A stretch of 64,000 nucleotides of DNA from Dehalococcoidia bacterium (GTDB lineage Bacteria > Chloroflexota > Dehalococcoidia > Lucifugimonadales > UBA826). The notes beneath the pieces were generated by a model. The model had not been told where the DNA came from, made no database searches, and saw nothing but the letters and a program-made list of their open reading frames with translations. The first letter of the stretch is position 1; every line of letters starts with the position of its first letter. Of this stretch, positions 38,355 to 47,998 are shown one piece after another. The stretch is from assembly GCA_045564655.1 (NCBI GenBank), contig JBJLGX010000020.1:76654-140653 (forward strand), read 5' to 3'. The position numbers were made by a program, and so were the translations under genes.

Positions 38355-38726
38355 TCAGTTATATTGTGGGGAATTTTTTGGTGGAATTCCGTTCATATAC
38401 AAACCTAAGTTAACGCCGCCGATAAGATGAATATGAGCATGAGATTGTGTTTGCATTCCATCGGTTCCGAAATTAGATAAAATCCGATATCCATTTGGGC
38501 ATCTTTCTTTCCCTAATTTATTAGCATATTTTGATATTTTTGTGACTAAATGTCCATTATCCCATAGTTCATTTTGTGTCATATGTGTTGTAGGAACTAA
38601 CAATAATTGAGTTGGGAACCAATATAGGTTGTTTTCGAATACTACGAAATCTTTTTCTTTATGAATGTACGTTGCTGGTTCATTTTCTGAAATAATGTCA
38701 CAAAAAGTACATTCGCTATTTTTCAT
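38355..38726 (-). CDS. HIT-family nucleotide hydrolase/transferase
   Basis: Histidine triad SHAHIHLIGG. An ATGA overlap joins it to the upstream loader gene. Confidence 0.8.
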   Translation of the reverse strand: MKNSECTFCDIISENEPATYIHKEKDFVVFENNLYWFPTQLLLVPTTHMTQNELWDNGHLVTKISKYANKLGKERCPNGYRILSNFGTDGMQTQSHAHIHLIGGVNLGLYMNGIPPKNSPQYN

Positions 38727-40093
38727 CGACCTGGTCTATAGTCTGGAGAATCGATTGTAATTATTTGTCCCATATTTGGATCTAATAATCTTGACGCTAT
38801 TGATGACCCTTGTTTGGCCATATTCATGATATCCATTCTGGTTGTTATAATCGTTGGCAGCTGATGGTTTTGTCTGTGAACAATTAATTGTGCAAGCTTA
38901 TCTTGTGACCAGGCTGTTTGCCTCTCTTCTCCTAATTCATCTAATATCATGAAAGGAGTTTGTTTTAATTGTAAAAATATAGATTCTGTATCTAGTGAAC
39001 TGTTAGGAGAAATTGATGCTCCTAAGTAACTCATTAATTCAGGAACTACGGCAAAGAAAACTTCAGTCCCTTCAGCTAATATTTTGTTTGCAATTGATGC
39101 AGCAAGGTGAGTTTTTCCACATCCGGTGTTAGGGCTATAAAAAGTTAGCCATCCTTCTGGTTGTTCAGCATATATCTTAGCTGTTTTCAAGGCTGTTTCA
39201 AGGCTGTTTCTGTTTGTGTTACTTGAATTAGGAAGTCCACGTTTATTGAATGTTTCGAAAGTCATTCTTTTTATATCTGGAGGAAGCATTCCAAAGTCTG
39301 ATGACATTCCTTCTGAATATATTTCATCTGTATATAATATCTTCCCTAGTTTTGCATCTGTAACCCTACTTTTTATAAATGGATGCAATGATTCAATCTT
39401 ATCCGTTGTTGTTATGACAGTTGGCATTTTTAGGTTTGCGCGATGGTTGAGGATTGACAATAATTTGTCAGATGACCAGTTTTGGGATAAAGATGATGAG
39501 AAATCATCTAATATCAGTACAGGAGCTTTTTTCACATGATCTGATATGTCAAAACTTTGATAAGATATTTGGTCATTAAAATTTGTTTGCCTTAACTGCT
39601 CTCTTAAATCGGTACTATGTATAAAAAATACAGGTATTCCAGATTTAACGCACTGATTTGCTATTGCTGCAGCTAAGTGTGTTTTTCCACTAGCGTGAGG
39701 TCCATTTATCAAAATCCAGTTTTCTGGATTTGTTGCGAAGCCAAAAGATTCTTGGAATGTGTTTTGGAATAATCCCGAATTGTTAATATTGCCTTTACCT
39801 TTGGGGTTAAGTGACTCAAATGTATAGTTTGATAAATCAGACAGATTGCTGTAGTCATGCAATCTTTTTTCAATTGTTGTTCTTTTTGAGGATTCACGGC
39901 AAACACAAGGGAGGTGATCTCCGAAGTCAGGGTGTTCTATTGGGACGTCTGAAGTCACCCATCCTCTGTCATAGCAAATTTCGCATTCTATTTTGCCGTA
40001 CTCAGCATTTAATGCAGGGGATGATTTTGCGTCAGTATTTTTAATATTGTCAGCGGTATCTAGTTTGTCGATTATGTCCCTTATGTTCTCCAT
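38723..40093 (-). CDS. Helicase-loader-like protein with two tandem DnaC/IstB-type AAA+ modules and an N-terminal Cys4 motif
   Basis: - Module 1 (aa ~88-255): GPHASGKTHLAAAIAN, VLILDDFSSS
- Module 2 (aa ~276-450): SPNTGCGKTHLAASIAN, FMILDELGEERQTAW
- The two modules are collinear.
- N-terminus: CEIC…(23 aa)…CVC. Confidence 0.7.
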   Translation of the reverse strand: MENIRDIIDKLDTADNIKNTDAKSSPALNAEYGKIECEICYDRGWVTSDVPIEHPDFGDHLPCVCRESSKRTTIEKRLHDYSNLSDLSNYTFESLNPKGKGNINNSGLFQNTFQESFGFATNPENWILINGPHASGKTHLAAAIANQCVKSGIPVFFIHSTDLREQLRQTNFNDQISYQSFDISDHVKKAPVLILDDFSSSLSQNWSSDKLLSILNHRANLKMPTVITTTDKIESLHPFIKSRVTDAKLGKILYTDEIYSEGMSSDFGMLPPDIKRMTFETFNKRGLPNSSNTNRNSLETALKTAKIYAEQPEGWLTFYSPNTGCGKTHLAASIANKILAEGTEVFFAVVPELMSYLGASISPNSSLDTESIFLQLKQTPFMILDELGEERQTAWSQDKLAQLIVHRQNHQLPTIITTRMDIMNMAKQGSSIASRLLDPNMGQIITIDSPDYRPGR

Positions 40094-40685
40094 TGTCTCT
40101 ACCTTCTATTTTCCATCGATTTAAAATACTTGAAATATATGCCCAATTCCTTTTATTTTGCACCAAAGACTGTTTAATCGCATCTTCAATCCATTCTACA
40201 GGATATAGATTTTCTGCTTCCTTTATTAATTCTGCAACATGTGGAGTTATGATTCCAATATTTTGTTCGTAGAACGAATAAATATTAATTACATCATGAT
40301 TGTTTTCCCATTGGTCTGCTTCGGTACTTTCAACATTTAAATCTGATTTTTCTATTCTTTCTCTTATTGATTCAGAGTTTAAATAGATTATTTTATGGTC
40401 GTCAGCTTTTTGTGTCGAAGATTTTATTATCCCATAACTTTCAAGTTGAGCTAATGTCCCCTTTATTTTATACGGGCTTCCTATTAGCTTAGAAATCAAT
40501 TTGTCTGTCATGATCTCTGATTCAGTTATGAATGGAGGTTTGCGATTGTAGACTTGGAGAAGCCACATTATTCGAAGCATTAACTTCACTTCAGATATAT
40601 CTGATAAAGATTCTAGCAAAGTGTTAAATACAGGGGCAGGGATAGGGATATACTTTACGTTCTTTTTGAACTCTTCAAAATCCAT
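40050..40685 (-). CDS. DnaD-domain replication initiation protein
   Basis: The C-terminal DnaB_2/DnaD block is YSFYEQNIGIITPHVAELIKEAENLYPVEWIEDAIKQSLVQNKRNWAYISSILNRW. It lies between dnaB and the loader gene. Confidence 0.7.
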   Translation of the reverse strand: MDFEEFKKNVKYIPIPAPVFNTLLESLSDISEVKLMLRIMWLLQVYNRKPPFITESEIMTDKLISKLIGSPYKIKGTLAQLESYGIIKSSTQKADDHKIIYLNSESIRERIEKSDLNVESTEADQWENNHDVINIYSFYEQNIGIITPHVAELIKEAENLYPVEWIEDAIKQSLVQNKRNWAYISSILNRWKIEGRDNGEHKGHNRQTRYR

Positions 40686-40689
40686 TGCA

Positions 40690-42099
40690 TTAATATGTTG
40701 TTATCTGAGTTTGGCTTAGATTTTCAAATTTCACAAAAGATTCTTTAAAATATAATTTAAAACTGCCTACTTTACCATTTCTATGTTTTGCTATTACAAT
40801 TTCGGCAACATTTTCGGGGTAATCACGGGTTGGGTTTTTTTGATTCCATTGTTCTTCTGTAATATAACGATCTTCTCTATGTATGAAAGCGACTATGTCG
40901 GCATCTTGTTCTATGCTTCCGCTTTCACGCAAGTCGGACAATAATGGTCTGTGATCTGGACGCTGTTCTATTGCCCTACTTAATTGAGAGCAAGCTAATA
41001 CAGGTACATTTAAATCTCTAGCTATTCCTTTTAATGCTCTCGATATTTCCCCCATTTCTTGTACCCTGTTGACATTTCGCCTATCGCCAATGCCTCCAAT
41101 TAATTGCATATAATCAACAATGACTAAATCTAATCCCCTTTCTGTTTGTAATCTACGAGCTTTACTTCTCATTTCTACTATACTCTGTATAGGAGTGTCA
41201 TCTATGTATATTGGATGATCAGATATGTCTCCTATAGCATCTATAAGTCTTCCTTCCTCAGCGGATTGTAGTAATCCTAATCTTATTCGGTTACTTGGTA
41301 TCTCTGTTACGCTAGATAGTAATCGCAATCCTATCTGTTCAGAACTCATTTCAAGACTAAAAATCCCAACATTTTTTCCAGATCGAGCTGCGTGCTGAGC
41401 CATGTTAAAAACAAAAGTAGATTTTCCTAAGCTAGGCCTTGCTGCTACGATTACTAAGTCTGATCTTTGTAATCCGCCCCCCAATATAGTGTCAAATTGA
41501 TCAAATCCGGAAGATATGGGTGCTAATCGAGCCATGTCAGGCCCTTGGTTAGATTCTTCCATATACTGGTCATATACTTCTCTGATATGAGTAAAGTCGC
41601 GTACTTCGCGGTCGGATCTAATTGAAAACAACAAATCTTCCGCTTTTGTTAATGCATTCTCAGTATCTGGTTCATTATCGTAACCTATTTGAGCTATTTC
41701 GCTTGAAGCTCCAATTAGTTGACGCATAATAGAAGTTTTTCGGACTAGCTGGCCAAAATGGTATATGTGTGTAGGGCTAGGTACTGAATTAACCAAACTG
41801 CTTAAGTATTCGTTACCACCTATGGACGGTAGCTGCTCATGTATTGCTAGTTCGTGCGAGACTGAAATTTGGTTTATGGGTTCATTTCTTGATGCAAGAT
41901 TTAAACATGCTTGGTAACAAAATTTGTTCTTTTCTGAATAAAAATCTTCAGGTTTAAGGAATCCGGTAATTTTTGTAATAGAATCACCATCCAATAATAA
42001 CGACCCAATCACAGAATTTTCTGCGTCGCTATCATGTGGGGAAACCTTTTCCGAGTACACAGAATCCTCCTGGGTAAAAACAATTTTAAGATTAGCCAA
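40690..42099 (-). CDS. dnaB: Replicative DNA helicase DnaB
   Basis: PHDSDAENSVIGSLLLD N-terminus, Walker A ARPSLGKST, Walker B VIVDYMQL. No intein insertion. Confidence 0.95.
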   Translation of the reverse strand: MANLKIVFTQEDSVYSEKVSPHDSDAENSVIGSLLLDGDSITKITGFLKPEDFYSEKNKFCYQACLNLASRNEPINQISVSHELAIHEQLPSIGGNEYLSSLVNSVPSPTHIYHFGQLVRKTSIMRQLIGASSEIAQIGYDNEPDTENALTKAEDLLFSIRSDREVRDFTHIREVYDQYMEESNQGPDMARLAPISSGFDQFDTILGGGLQRSDLVIVAARPSLGKSTFVFNMAQHAARSGKNVGIFSLEMSSEQIGLRLLSSVTEIPSNRIRLGLLQSAEEGRLIDAIGDISDHPIYIDDTPIQSIVEMRSKARRLQTERGLDLVIVDYMQLIGGIGDRRNVNRVQEMGEISRALKGIARDLNVPVLACSQLSRAIEQRPDHRPLLSDLRESGSIEQDADIVAFIHREDRYITEEQWNQKNPTRDYPENVAEIVIAKHRNGKVGSFKLYFKESFVKFENLSQTQITTY

Positions 42100-42153
42100 A
42101 TGGCCGGTTATTAATTTAGGAACTTAGACTGTATAAGATTCTAGTCATTTGGC

Positions 42154-42761
42154 TTATTCAGCCTCAGGTACGTCCTCATTTGTTCCAGGTACTACATCGG
42201 GTGATATGTCATCATCTGATGTGGTATCTTCATTAATATTAATATCAGTGTCAATATCTTGGTTGTTATTATCTGTTTCTGCGTCTAGTTCTTCTATATC
42301 TAATAAGTCGCTTCCAGTAGCACTAACAACTACATTTATTTCAGCTTCAATATCTTCGTGTAATCTAATTGTAATCGGATAAGATCCTACTTCTCTTATT
42401 GGATTGTCTAGTTGAACTAATTGTCTTGCAATAGAACCTTCTATCTGTTCATTTATTGCATCAGCGATCATTGTGCCTGTTACAGAGCCATAGAGTCGGG
42501 CATTACTTGCTGCACGCATTTCTATTTTAACTTCAAGCCCTTTGAGTGTTTCTGACAAATCAGATAAAAGGGATATTTTTTTGACTCTATCTTCGTTGGC
42601 TAGTTTAGATAGTTTGGAGATCTGTTGAAGGTGGTTGTGTGTTGCTGGTGCGGCTAATTTTTGGGGGATAAGGTAATTCCTGGCAAATCCGTTTTTTTAC
42701 CTCTTTTACTTCGCCACCCTTCGCGACTCCATCAACATCTTCTAAAAAAAACTACTTTCAT
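42154..42761 (-). pseudogene. rplI: 50S ribosomal protein L9 gene with two +1 homopolymer frame disruptions (or assembly errors) and an acidic C-terminal extension
   Basis: From ATG (complement of 42759-42761) the frame reads MKVVFF then reaches a stop. Removing one T from the T8 run (42744-42751 on +) and one A from the A7 run (42692-42698 on +) restores [40 protein letters not shown]…, which joins the 42154-42558 ORF. Confidence 0.7.
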
Positions 42762-42845
42762 ATCAGCTCACTTAAGTTAAAATTTTATAAGTCGAGGGAA
42801 AATTGTACCATTTTGTTTTATGTATGTGTTATATAAACTGGTTTT

Positions 42846-43193
42846 TTATGTCACATTACTTTGATTGTTTTCGTCTTCATCATCGACTATCCTAAATTCT
42901 CCATCAATTGTTTTTTCAGTTTCGGAGGTTTTGGAGCTCGTATTCGAGCGCTTGTTTTGAGGGTTTGTAATGTTTTTCAATATTGCACCTGGACTCAACC
43001 CTATGAATAATAAAAGACTTCCAATTAATATGAAAATATCGTCTATCCACCCAAGTAGTGGTATGAAATCAGGTAAAAAATCCCATGGAGATATAACGTA
43101 AATAATGCCTGCTAAAGGGATTATTTTTAATCTCCATGGTACCCTCTTGTCTACCATTAATCTGATTATTAAAGCAAATATCTTTCCTATCAA
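42846..43193 (-). CDS. DUF1232 (YkvA-like) membrane protein
   Basis: The block IIYVISPWDFLPDFIPLLGWIDD is the family signature. Confidence 0.7.
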   Translation of the reverse strand: MIGKIFALIIRLMVDKRVPWRLKIIPLAGIIYVISPWDFLPDFIPLLGWIDDIFILIGSLLLFIGLSPGAILKNITNPQNKRSNTSSKTSETEKTIDGEFRIVDDEDENNQSNVT

Positions 43194-43267
43194 AATTCAA
43201 ACCTCTTAGATTTATGTAACGCAATGTTTGTTCTTGTATTATATTAATTGTATATTGTTTAGGGAAT

Positions 43268-44239
43268 GTGGAGCTTTTAATGATAAGTGTTTTTTATGGT
43301 AAAAATGATTTCAGTATTGATGCTGAAATATCAAAGATTCGATTAACAGTGACCCCTGAAGAAGTTAGGGAAGTTAATTCGCTGTCTTTAATGGAAAACA
43401 CAGTTACTAAATCAGAATTTTTATCCGCGGTTCTTACTGTTCCATTTATGGCGAATAAAAGAGTTGTTATTGTTTCAAATTTGATTTCGAAATTAAATTC
43501 TAAGAAAGTTTTAGATGATTCAGAGTGGAGCGATATCATTGAACAACTTAAATTAGTTCCAGACTCTACAGATCTGATCTTCCGTGAATTTGACTTTGAT
43601 AAACGCAACTATTTATTTAAAAAAATTTCTAACTTATGTGATATTCGCCATTTTCCTCTTCTGCGCCCTAATGAATTAAAGCAATGGGTGACAGATAAAG
43701 TTAATAATATGGGTATGACCATTGATTTAAAGGCTGTCAATTTAATAGTAGATTTTATTGGTTCCGATTTGAGAACGATTGATTCTGAATTGAATAAGCT
43801 GTCTTTATATTCTGATGAAGGTTTAATTACAGAGAGTGACGTTCAAGTAATGGTTGCATACGTTAAAGATCAAAGCATTTTTAGATTAGTTGATCTGGCT
43901 CTTGAAGGTCGTAATAATGAAGCGTTGAAAATCACTCAAATATTACTAAATTATGGTTCCTCTCCCAATATGATAGTACGAATGATGCAACGTCAGTTGA
44001 GGTTATTGCTAATTGCTTCAGATTTGAGGAAAAGAAACATTAAAACAAGTGAGTTTTCTCAAAGGTTGTCATTGTCTGGGTACCCTTTGCAAAAAACTTT
44101 AGAAATGGAAAGGCGTTTTGCTTTTTCTAAGCTTTTGGAAATTTATAATTTAATATTAAATTCGGATATTAGGGTAAGGTCTGGATTGATGACGGATGTC
44201 ACTTCATTAGATTTACTTATTTCTGAGATGGCTGCTTAA
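43268..44239 (+). CDS. holA: DNA polymerase III delta subunit
   Basis: Length, N-terminal FYGKNDF and clamp-loader delta-like helical C-domain pattern. Start is GTG 43268 or ATG 43280. Confidence 0.65.
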   Translation: MELLMISVFYGKNDFSIDAEISKIRLTVTPEEVREVNSLSLMENTVTKSEFLSAVLTVPFMANKRVVIVSNLISKLNSKKVLDDSEWSDIIEQLKLVPDSTDLIFREFDFDKRNYLFKKISNLCDIRHFPLLRPNELKQWVTDKVNNMGMTIDLKAVNLIVDFIGSDLRTIDSELNKLSLYSDEGLITESDVQVMVAYVKDQSIFRLVDLALEGRNNEALKITQILLNYGSSPNMIVRMMQRQLRLLLIASDLRKRNIKTSEFSQRLSLSGYPLQKTLEMERRFAFSKLLEIYNLILNSDIRVRSGLMTDVTSLDLLISEMAA

Positions 44240-44906
44240 CTTTTTCTGACGTAAACCTTCCACTTTTGATCGCTTTTATTAAATCTGCTTCATTCTTAAT
44301 TTGGTCATAAAAATTTGTTGCATATGTGCCTATGTCTGATATCTTATGGGCATCACTTGCTCCTGTTCCGGGCATTTTTAATTCTTTAGCTAAATCAGCA
44401 GAAAATTTGTTTTCATTTTGACTTCCCCTGCCATTATTTATTTCAATTGCATCGGATAGCTTTAAGGCCTTATTTTTAAGTCCTTTTCTAATCATTTGAT
44501 CGTAGGGGGAATTGTTTTCAGGGGTTGGGTCTCTGTAAACTCTTCGGTATGGGTGTGCGACCACAATGGCGCCCCCTTGTTCAGTTACTAAGTCTTTTAC
44601 AAAGTCGGACTTGTGCATGCCAAATATGTATTCTCGGAGTCCATAAACGAGTAGGTGGCCGTCTTCAGTAGTAACTTCACATCCAGGGATAACAAGAAAA
44701 TCTGTCTTGTCGCTTAATTTTTTAATATCTTGTGGGGTCCAAAATCCGTCATGGTCTGTAATGCAAACGCCTTCTAGCCCAACTTTTTTAGCTTGCAAAA
44801 TTAATTCTTCAGGATCTAATAGGCTATCGTCGGACACGGGATATGTATGAGTGTGTATGTCAATGAGCATGTAAATAAATGTACAACTGGTTTTAGAAAT
44901 CTTCAA
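44217..44906 (-). CDS. PHP-domain metal-dependent phosphoesterase
   Basis: IDIHTHT, ITDHD, VVAHP and SDAH motifs. The true start is possibly ATG 44870. Confidence 0.75.
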   Translation of the reverse strand: MKISKTSCTFIYMLIDIHTHTYPVSDDSLLDPEELILQAKKVGLEGVCITDHDGFWTPQDIKKLSDKTDFLVIPGCEVTTEDGHLLVYGLREYIFGMHKSDFVKDLVTEQGGAIVVAHPYRRVYRDPTPENNSPYDQMIRKGLKNKALKLSDAIEINNGRGSQNENKFSADLAKELKMPGTGASDAHKISDIGTYATNFYDQIKNEADLIKAIKSGRFTSEKVKQPSQK

Positions 44907-44989
44907 CTTGAGTTGATTTGTATCAAGGTTATTGATATTGTTATATAAAGAATATTTATTTGTAAATTGTAAAAAAATAGGAGCGTCCG

Positions 44990-47425
44990 ATGGTTTTGGG
45001 GTCTGAAAAGTTTACTGAACAAGCGCAAGAGGCTTTAAATAATTCACAGCTTATCTTAAACAGGTACAGGCACAATCAGTGGGATTGTGAACACGTTCTT
45101 ATGGCACTGATTGAACAGGAAAAAGGGGTTCCTGCGGAGATATTAAATGAGTTAGAGGTTAATGTTAATCTCTTGCACGCACGTCTTCATGCTAAGCTTG
45201 AAAAATCACAGAAGACAGGAGGATTTTCAAATCAAATTTATCAAACACCTCGACTAGACGAGTTACTTGTTCGTGCAGATGCAGAATCCAAAAGGTTAAA
45301 TGATGACTTTATCGGGGCTGAACATTTATTAGTAGCTTTAACTCAAGAAGAACACGGAGAGGTATTTGATGTTTTAGCAGAGTTTAGTGTTTCAACAGAA
45401 TCTTTGTATCAAGCCCTCCAGAAAATTCGAGGAGCGCATAGAATTACAGATCCTAGAGCTGAAAGTCGTTATAGATCATTAGAGCGTTATGCAACAGACC
45501 TTACTATGCTTGCGTCTTCTGGAAAACTGGACCCTATAGTTGGAAGAGACTCTGAAGTTGCAAGAATAATGCAGACTTTAATTAGACGCACAAAGAATAA
45601 CCCGGTGTTAATTGGAGGGGCAGGAGTGGGTAAAACTGCTATGGCTGAAGGGCTAGCGCAACGAATTATTGCTAAGGATGTTCCAAACGAATTATTGGAT
45701 AAAAAAGTTTTAGCTCTCGATATGGGATCCTTGCTTGCAGGATCTAAATTTAGAGGAGAGTTCGAGGAGCGTCTTAAATCTGTTATGGATGAAGTGAAGC
45801 AATCTCAAGGTCAAATTATATTATTTATCGATGAAATTCATACAGTCGTAGGTGCGGGTGCATCTGAAGGTAGTATAGATGCTAGCAATATGATGAAACC
45901 GGCATTAGCCAGAGGGGATCTCCAGTGTTTAGGGGCTACTACTGAAGACGAATATAGAAAATATATTGAATCTGATGCAGCTCTAGAGAGAAGGTTTCAG
46001 CCGGTATTAGTAGAAGAACCAGATATAGAAACAAGTATAAATATGCTGAAAGCTTTAAGGCCTAAGTATGAAGCACACCACAAGTTAAAGATAAGTGATG
46101 CAGCGATAGAAGCGGCTACATCTTTAAGCCAAAGGTATATTTCTGGAAGGCTTTTGCCTGATAAAGCAGTTGATTTAATAGATGAAGCTGCAAGTAAAAT
46201 GCGAATTGACTCCCAATTGCCATCAAAGACATTCAGAGAAAAAGAAAATTCAATTAGGCAATTAGATATTGAGGAAATAGCAGCTTCAGAAAGAGGTGAT
46301 TTTGAAAGAGCAGCTGAGCTTAAAGCTGAAAGATTGAAGTACGATGAAGAATTTGAGGCTGAGAAAAACTACCTAAGTACTCAAGATGAAGAATCCTTAT
46401 TAATTGTTGACTCTGAAAATGTTGCATCTTTAATAAAAGATTGGACTGGGATCCCAGTTAGTAGGTTATTAGAAAAAGAAACTGACCGACTCGTTAATAT
46501 GGAGAATAATATACATACTAGAATTATTGGACAAGACGATGCCGTCAGGGCTGTTTCTGATGCAGTCCGAAGATCTAGGTCAGGATTAGGGGACCCTAAT
46601 AGACCTATTGGTAATTTTATGTTTTTGGGCCCAACGGGCGTTGGTAAAACAGAATTAGCTAAATCTTTGGCGTGGTTTTTATTTGATGATGAAGAAAATA
46701 TGGTTCGTATTGATATGTCTGAATATATGGAACCTCACTCTGTGTCACGATTGATAGGAGCCCCTCCGGGATATGTAGGTTTTCAAGACGGGGGACAACT
46801 TACAGAATCAGTGAGAAGAAGACCATTTAAGGTTGTTTTATTTGATGAAATTGAGAAAGCCCATCCTGATGTTTTTAATATTTTGTTACAGCTTTTAGAA
46901 GATGGCAGATTAACAGATGGTCAAGGCAGGACAGTAGATTTTAGAAATACAATTATTATTATGACTAGTAATTTAGGAACTAGTCATTTTGAGCCTGAAA
47001 CATTAGGGTTTTTACGTCAAGCTACCGAAAAGAATGATGTTGATAAACTTAGAACTTCTATAGAAGACGCACTCAAGAAATCATTCAAACCAGAATTACT
47101 TAATCGATTAGATGAGGTAGTGATTTTTAATCAAATAGAAAAAAATCAAATGATCGAGATAGTTGATATTATGTTGTTAAAGGTTCAAGAAAGAATGAAA
47201 GATAATGGTATTAGCCTTGAATTTACTAATGCAGCTAAACAATGGTTAGCTGACGAAGGATTTGACAGTATATATGGGGCTAGGCCCTTAAGAAGAACTA
47301 TACAGAGAACTATTGAGAATCCTTTATCAACATCAATTTTGCGGGGAGATTTTGATAATACCTCTGCAGTCTCTGTCGGAGTGAAAGAAGGAGAATTAAA
47401 TTTCAAATCGACTTCTGATATTTGA
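44990..47425 (+). CDS. clpC: Clp/Hsp100 AAA+ chaperone, ClpC-type
   Basis: Two AAA+ modules ([18 protein letters not shown]), a short middle domain with a UVR-like motif [13 protein letters not shown], and 811 aa together favour ClpC over ClpB. Confidence 0.75.
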   Translation: MVLGSEKFTEQAQEALNNSQLILNRYRHNQWDCEHVLMALIEQEKGVPAEILNELEVNVNLLHARLHAKLEKSQKTGGFSNQIYQTPRLDELLVRADAESKRLNDDFIGAEHLLVALTQEEHGEVFDVLAEFSVSTESLYQALQKIRGAHRITDPRAESRYRSLERYATDLTMLASSGKLDPIVGRDSEVARIMQTLIRRTKNNPVLIGGAGVGKTAMAEGLAQRIIAKDVPNELLDKKVLALDMGSLLAGSKFRGEFEERLKSVMDEVKQSQGQIILFIDEIHTVVGAGASEGSIDASNMMKPALARGDLQCLGATTEDEYRKYIESDAALERRFQPVLVEEPDIETSINMLKALRPKYEAHHKLKISDAAIEAATSLSQRYISGRLLPDKAVDLIDEAASKMRIDSQLPSKTFREKENSIRQLDIEEIAASERGDFERAAELKAERLKYDEEFEAEKNYLSTQDEESLLIVDSENVASLIKDWTGIPVSRLLEKETDRLVNMENNIHTRIIGQDDAVRAVSDAVRRSRSGLGDPNRPIGNFMFLGPTGVGKTELAKSLAWFLFDDEENMVRIDMSEYMEPHSVSRLIGAPPGYVGFQDGGQLTESVRRRPFKVVLFDEIEKAHPDVFNILLQLLEDGRLTDGQGRTVDFRNTIIIMTSNLGTSHFEPETLGFLRQATEKNDVDKLRTSIEDALKKSFKPELLNRLDEVVIFNQIEKNQMIEIVDIMLLKVQERMKDNGISLEFTNAAKQWLADEGFDSIYGARPLRRTIQRTIENPLSTSILRGDFDNTSAVSVGVKEGELNFKSTSDI

Positions 47426-47492
47426 TATTTGATTTTTTATATGTCAGAAATATGTTATTTTAGATGTTGTAAATTGTGAGACGGAGGAAAAC

Positions 47493-47678
47493 TTGGATAA
47501 TAAAAACAATTCTAGTAAAAATTTATCTCGAAGGTCATTTTTGAAAGGCTTACCCTTAGGAGTCCTTGCTGTAGCAGGTATAGGGATGATCGGAAGCAAT
47601 CTGATTAAATCAGTTAGGCGCCGCCGTCCGCCGGTTTTTAAGAAAAACTCTATGTTTACACCTAAGTCTCGCCAATAA
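47493..47678 (+). CDS. Small (61 aa) protein consisting of a twin-arginine (Tat) signal-like segment and a very basic tail
   Basis: TTG start 5 nt after GGAGG. SRRSFLKG + hydrophobic h-region, then RRRRPPVFKK. No mature domain follows. Confidence 0.4.
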   Translation: MDNKNNSSKNLSRRSFLKGLPLGVLAVAGIGMIGSNLIKSVRRRRPPVFKKNSMFTPKSRQ

Positions 47679-47771
47679 TTTTTCAGGAAGTTTTTTAAAT
47701 TTAAATGAATCTTGATATTTGAAATTCATTTTAGAATTTAAGACTGGTATACTTTTATCCCAATTGCTAAT

Positions 47772-47860
47772 GGAGAGATGGCCGAGTGGATTAAGGCGCT
47801 GGTCTCGAAAATCAGTATGAGAATTTATTTTCATCGTGGGTTCGAATCCCACTCTCTCCG
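47772..47860 (+). tRNA. tRNA-Ser (anticodon CGA), type II with long variable arm; no encoded CCA
   Basis: Hand-folded. Acceptor GGAGAGA/TCTCTCC, anticodon stem CTGGT/ATCAG with loop CTCGAAA, 7-bp variable stem ATGAGAA/TTTTCAT, T-arm GTGGGTTCGAATCCCAC. Confidence 0.85.
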
Positions 47861-47868
47861 CAGTACAT

Positions 47869-47961
47869 GGAGAGATGCTAGAGTGGCCGAATAGGCGCGA
47901 CTGGAAATCGCGTGTTCCCTCACAAGGGGAACCGTGGGTTCGAATCCCACTCTCTCCGCCA
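47869..47961 (+). tRNA. tRNA-Ser (anticodon GGA), type II; CCA encoded
   Basis: Acceptor and T-arm are identical to the upstream tRNA. Anticodon loop CTGGAAA, variable stem GTTCCCT/GGGGAAC, 3' GCCA. Confidence 0.85.
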
Positions 47962-47998
47962 CACAATAAAAAATTTATATAAAAAGGATCAAAATTAT

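Noticed and set aside
44217-44239. 23-nt convergent overlap of the holA and PHP-phosphoesterase 3' ends
   Set aside because: This is probably ordinary compact gene packing, and no hairpin or regulatory element is evident. The holA C-terminal residues are not conserved motifs, so the exact stop is unremarkable.
44990-47425. Calling the Hsp100 gene clpB
   Set aside because: The short middle domain with a UVR-like motif ([13 protein letters not shown]) and the ~811-aa length fit ClpC better than ClpB, which has a long coiled-coil M-domain and is ~860 aa. A phylogeny or profile search should confirm this.
47610-47966. 118-aa minus-strand ORF, and the 47912-47998 N-terminal extension of the topA ORF
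   Set aside because: Both read straight through the two hand-folded tRNA-Ser genes (47772-47961). topA has a canonical Toprim N-terminus starting at ATG 47999.
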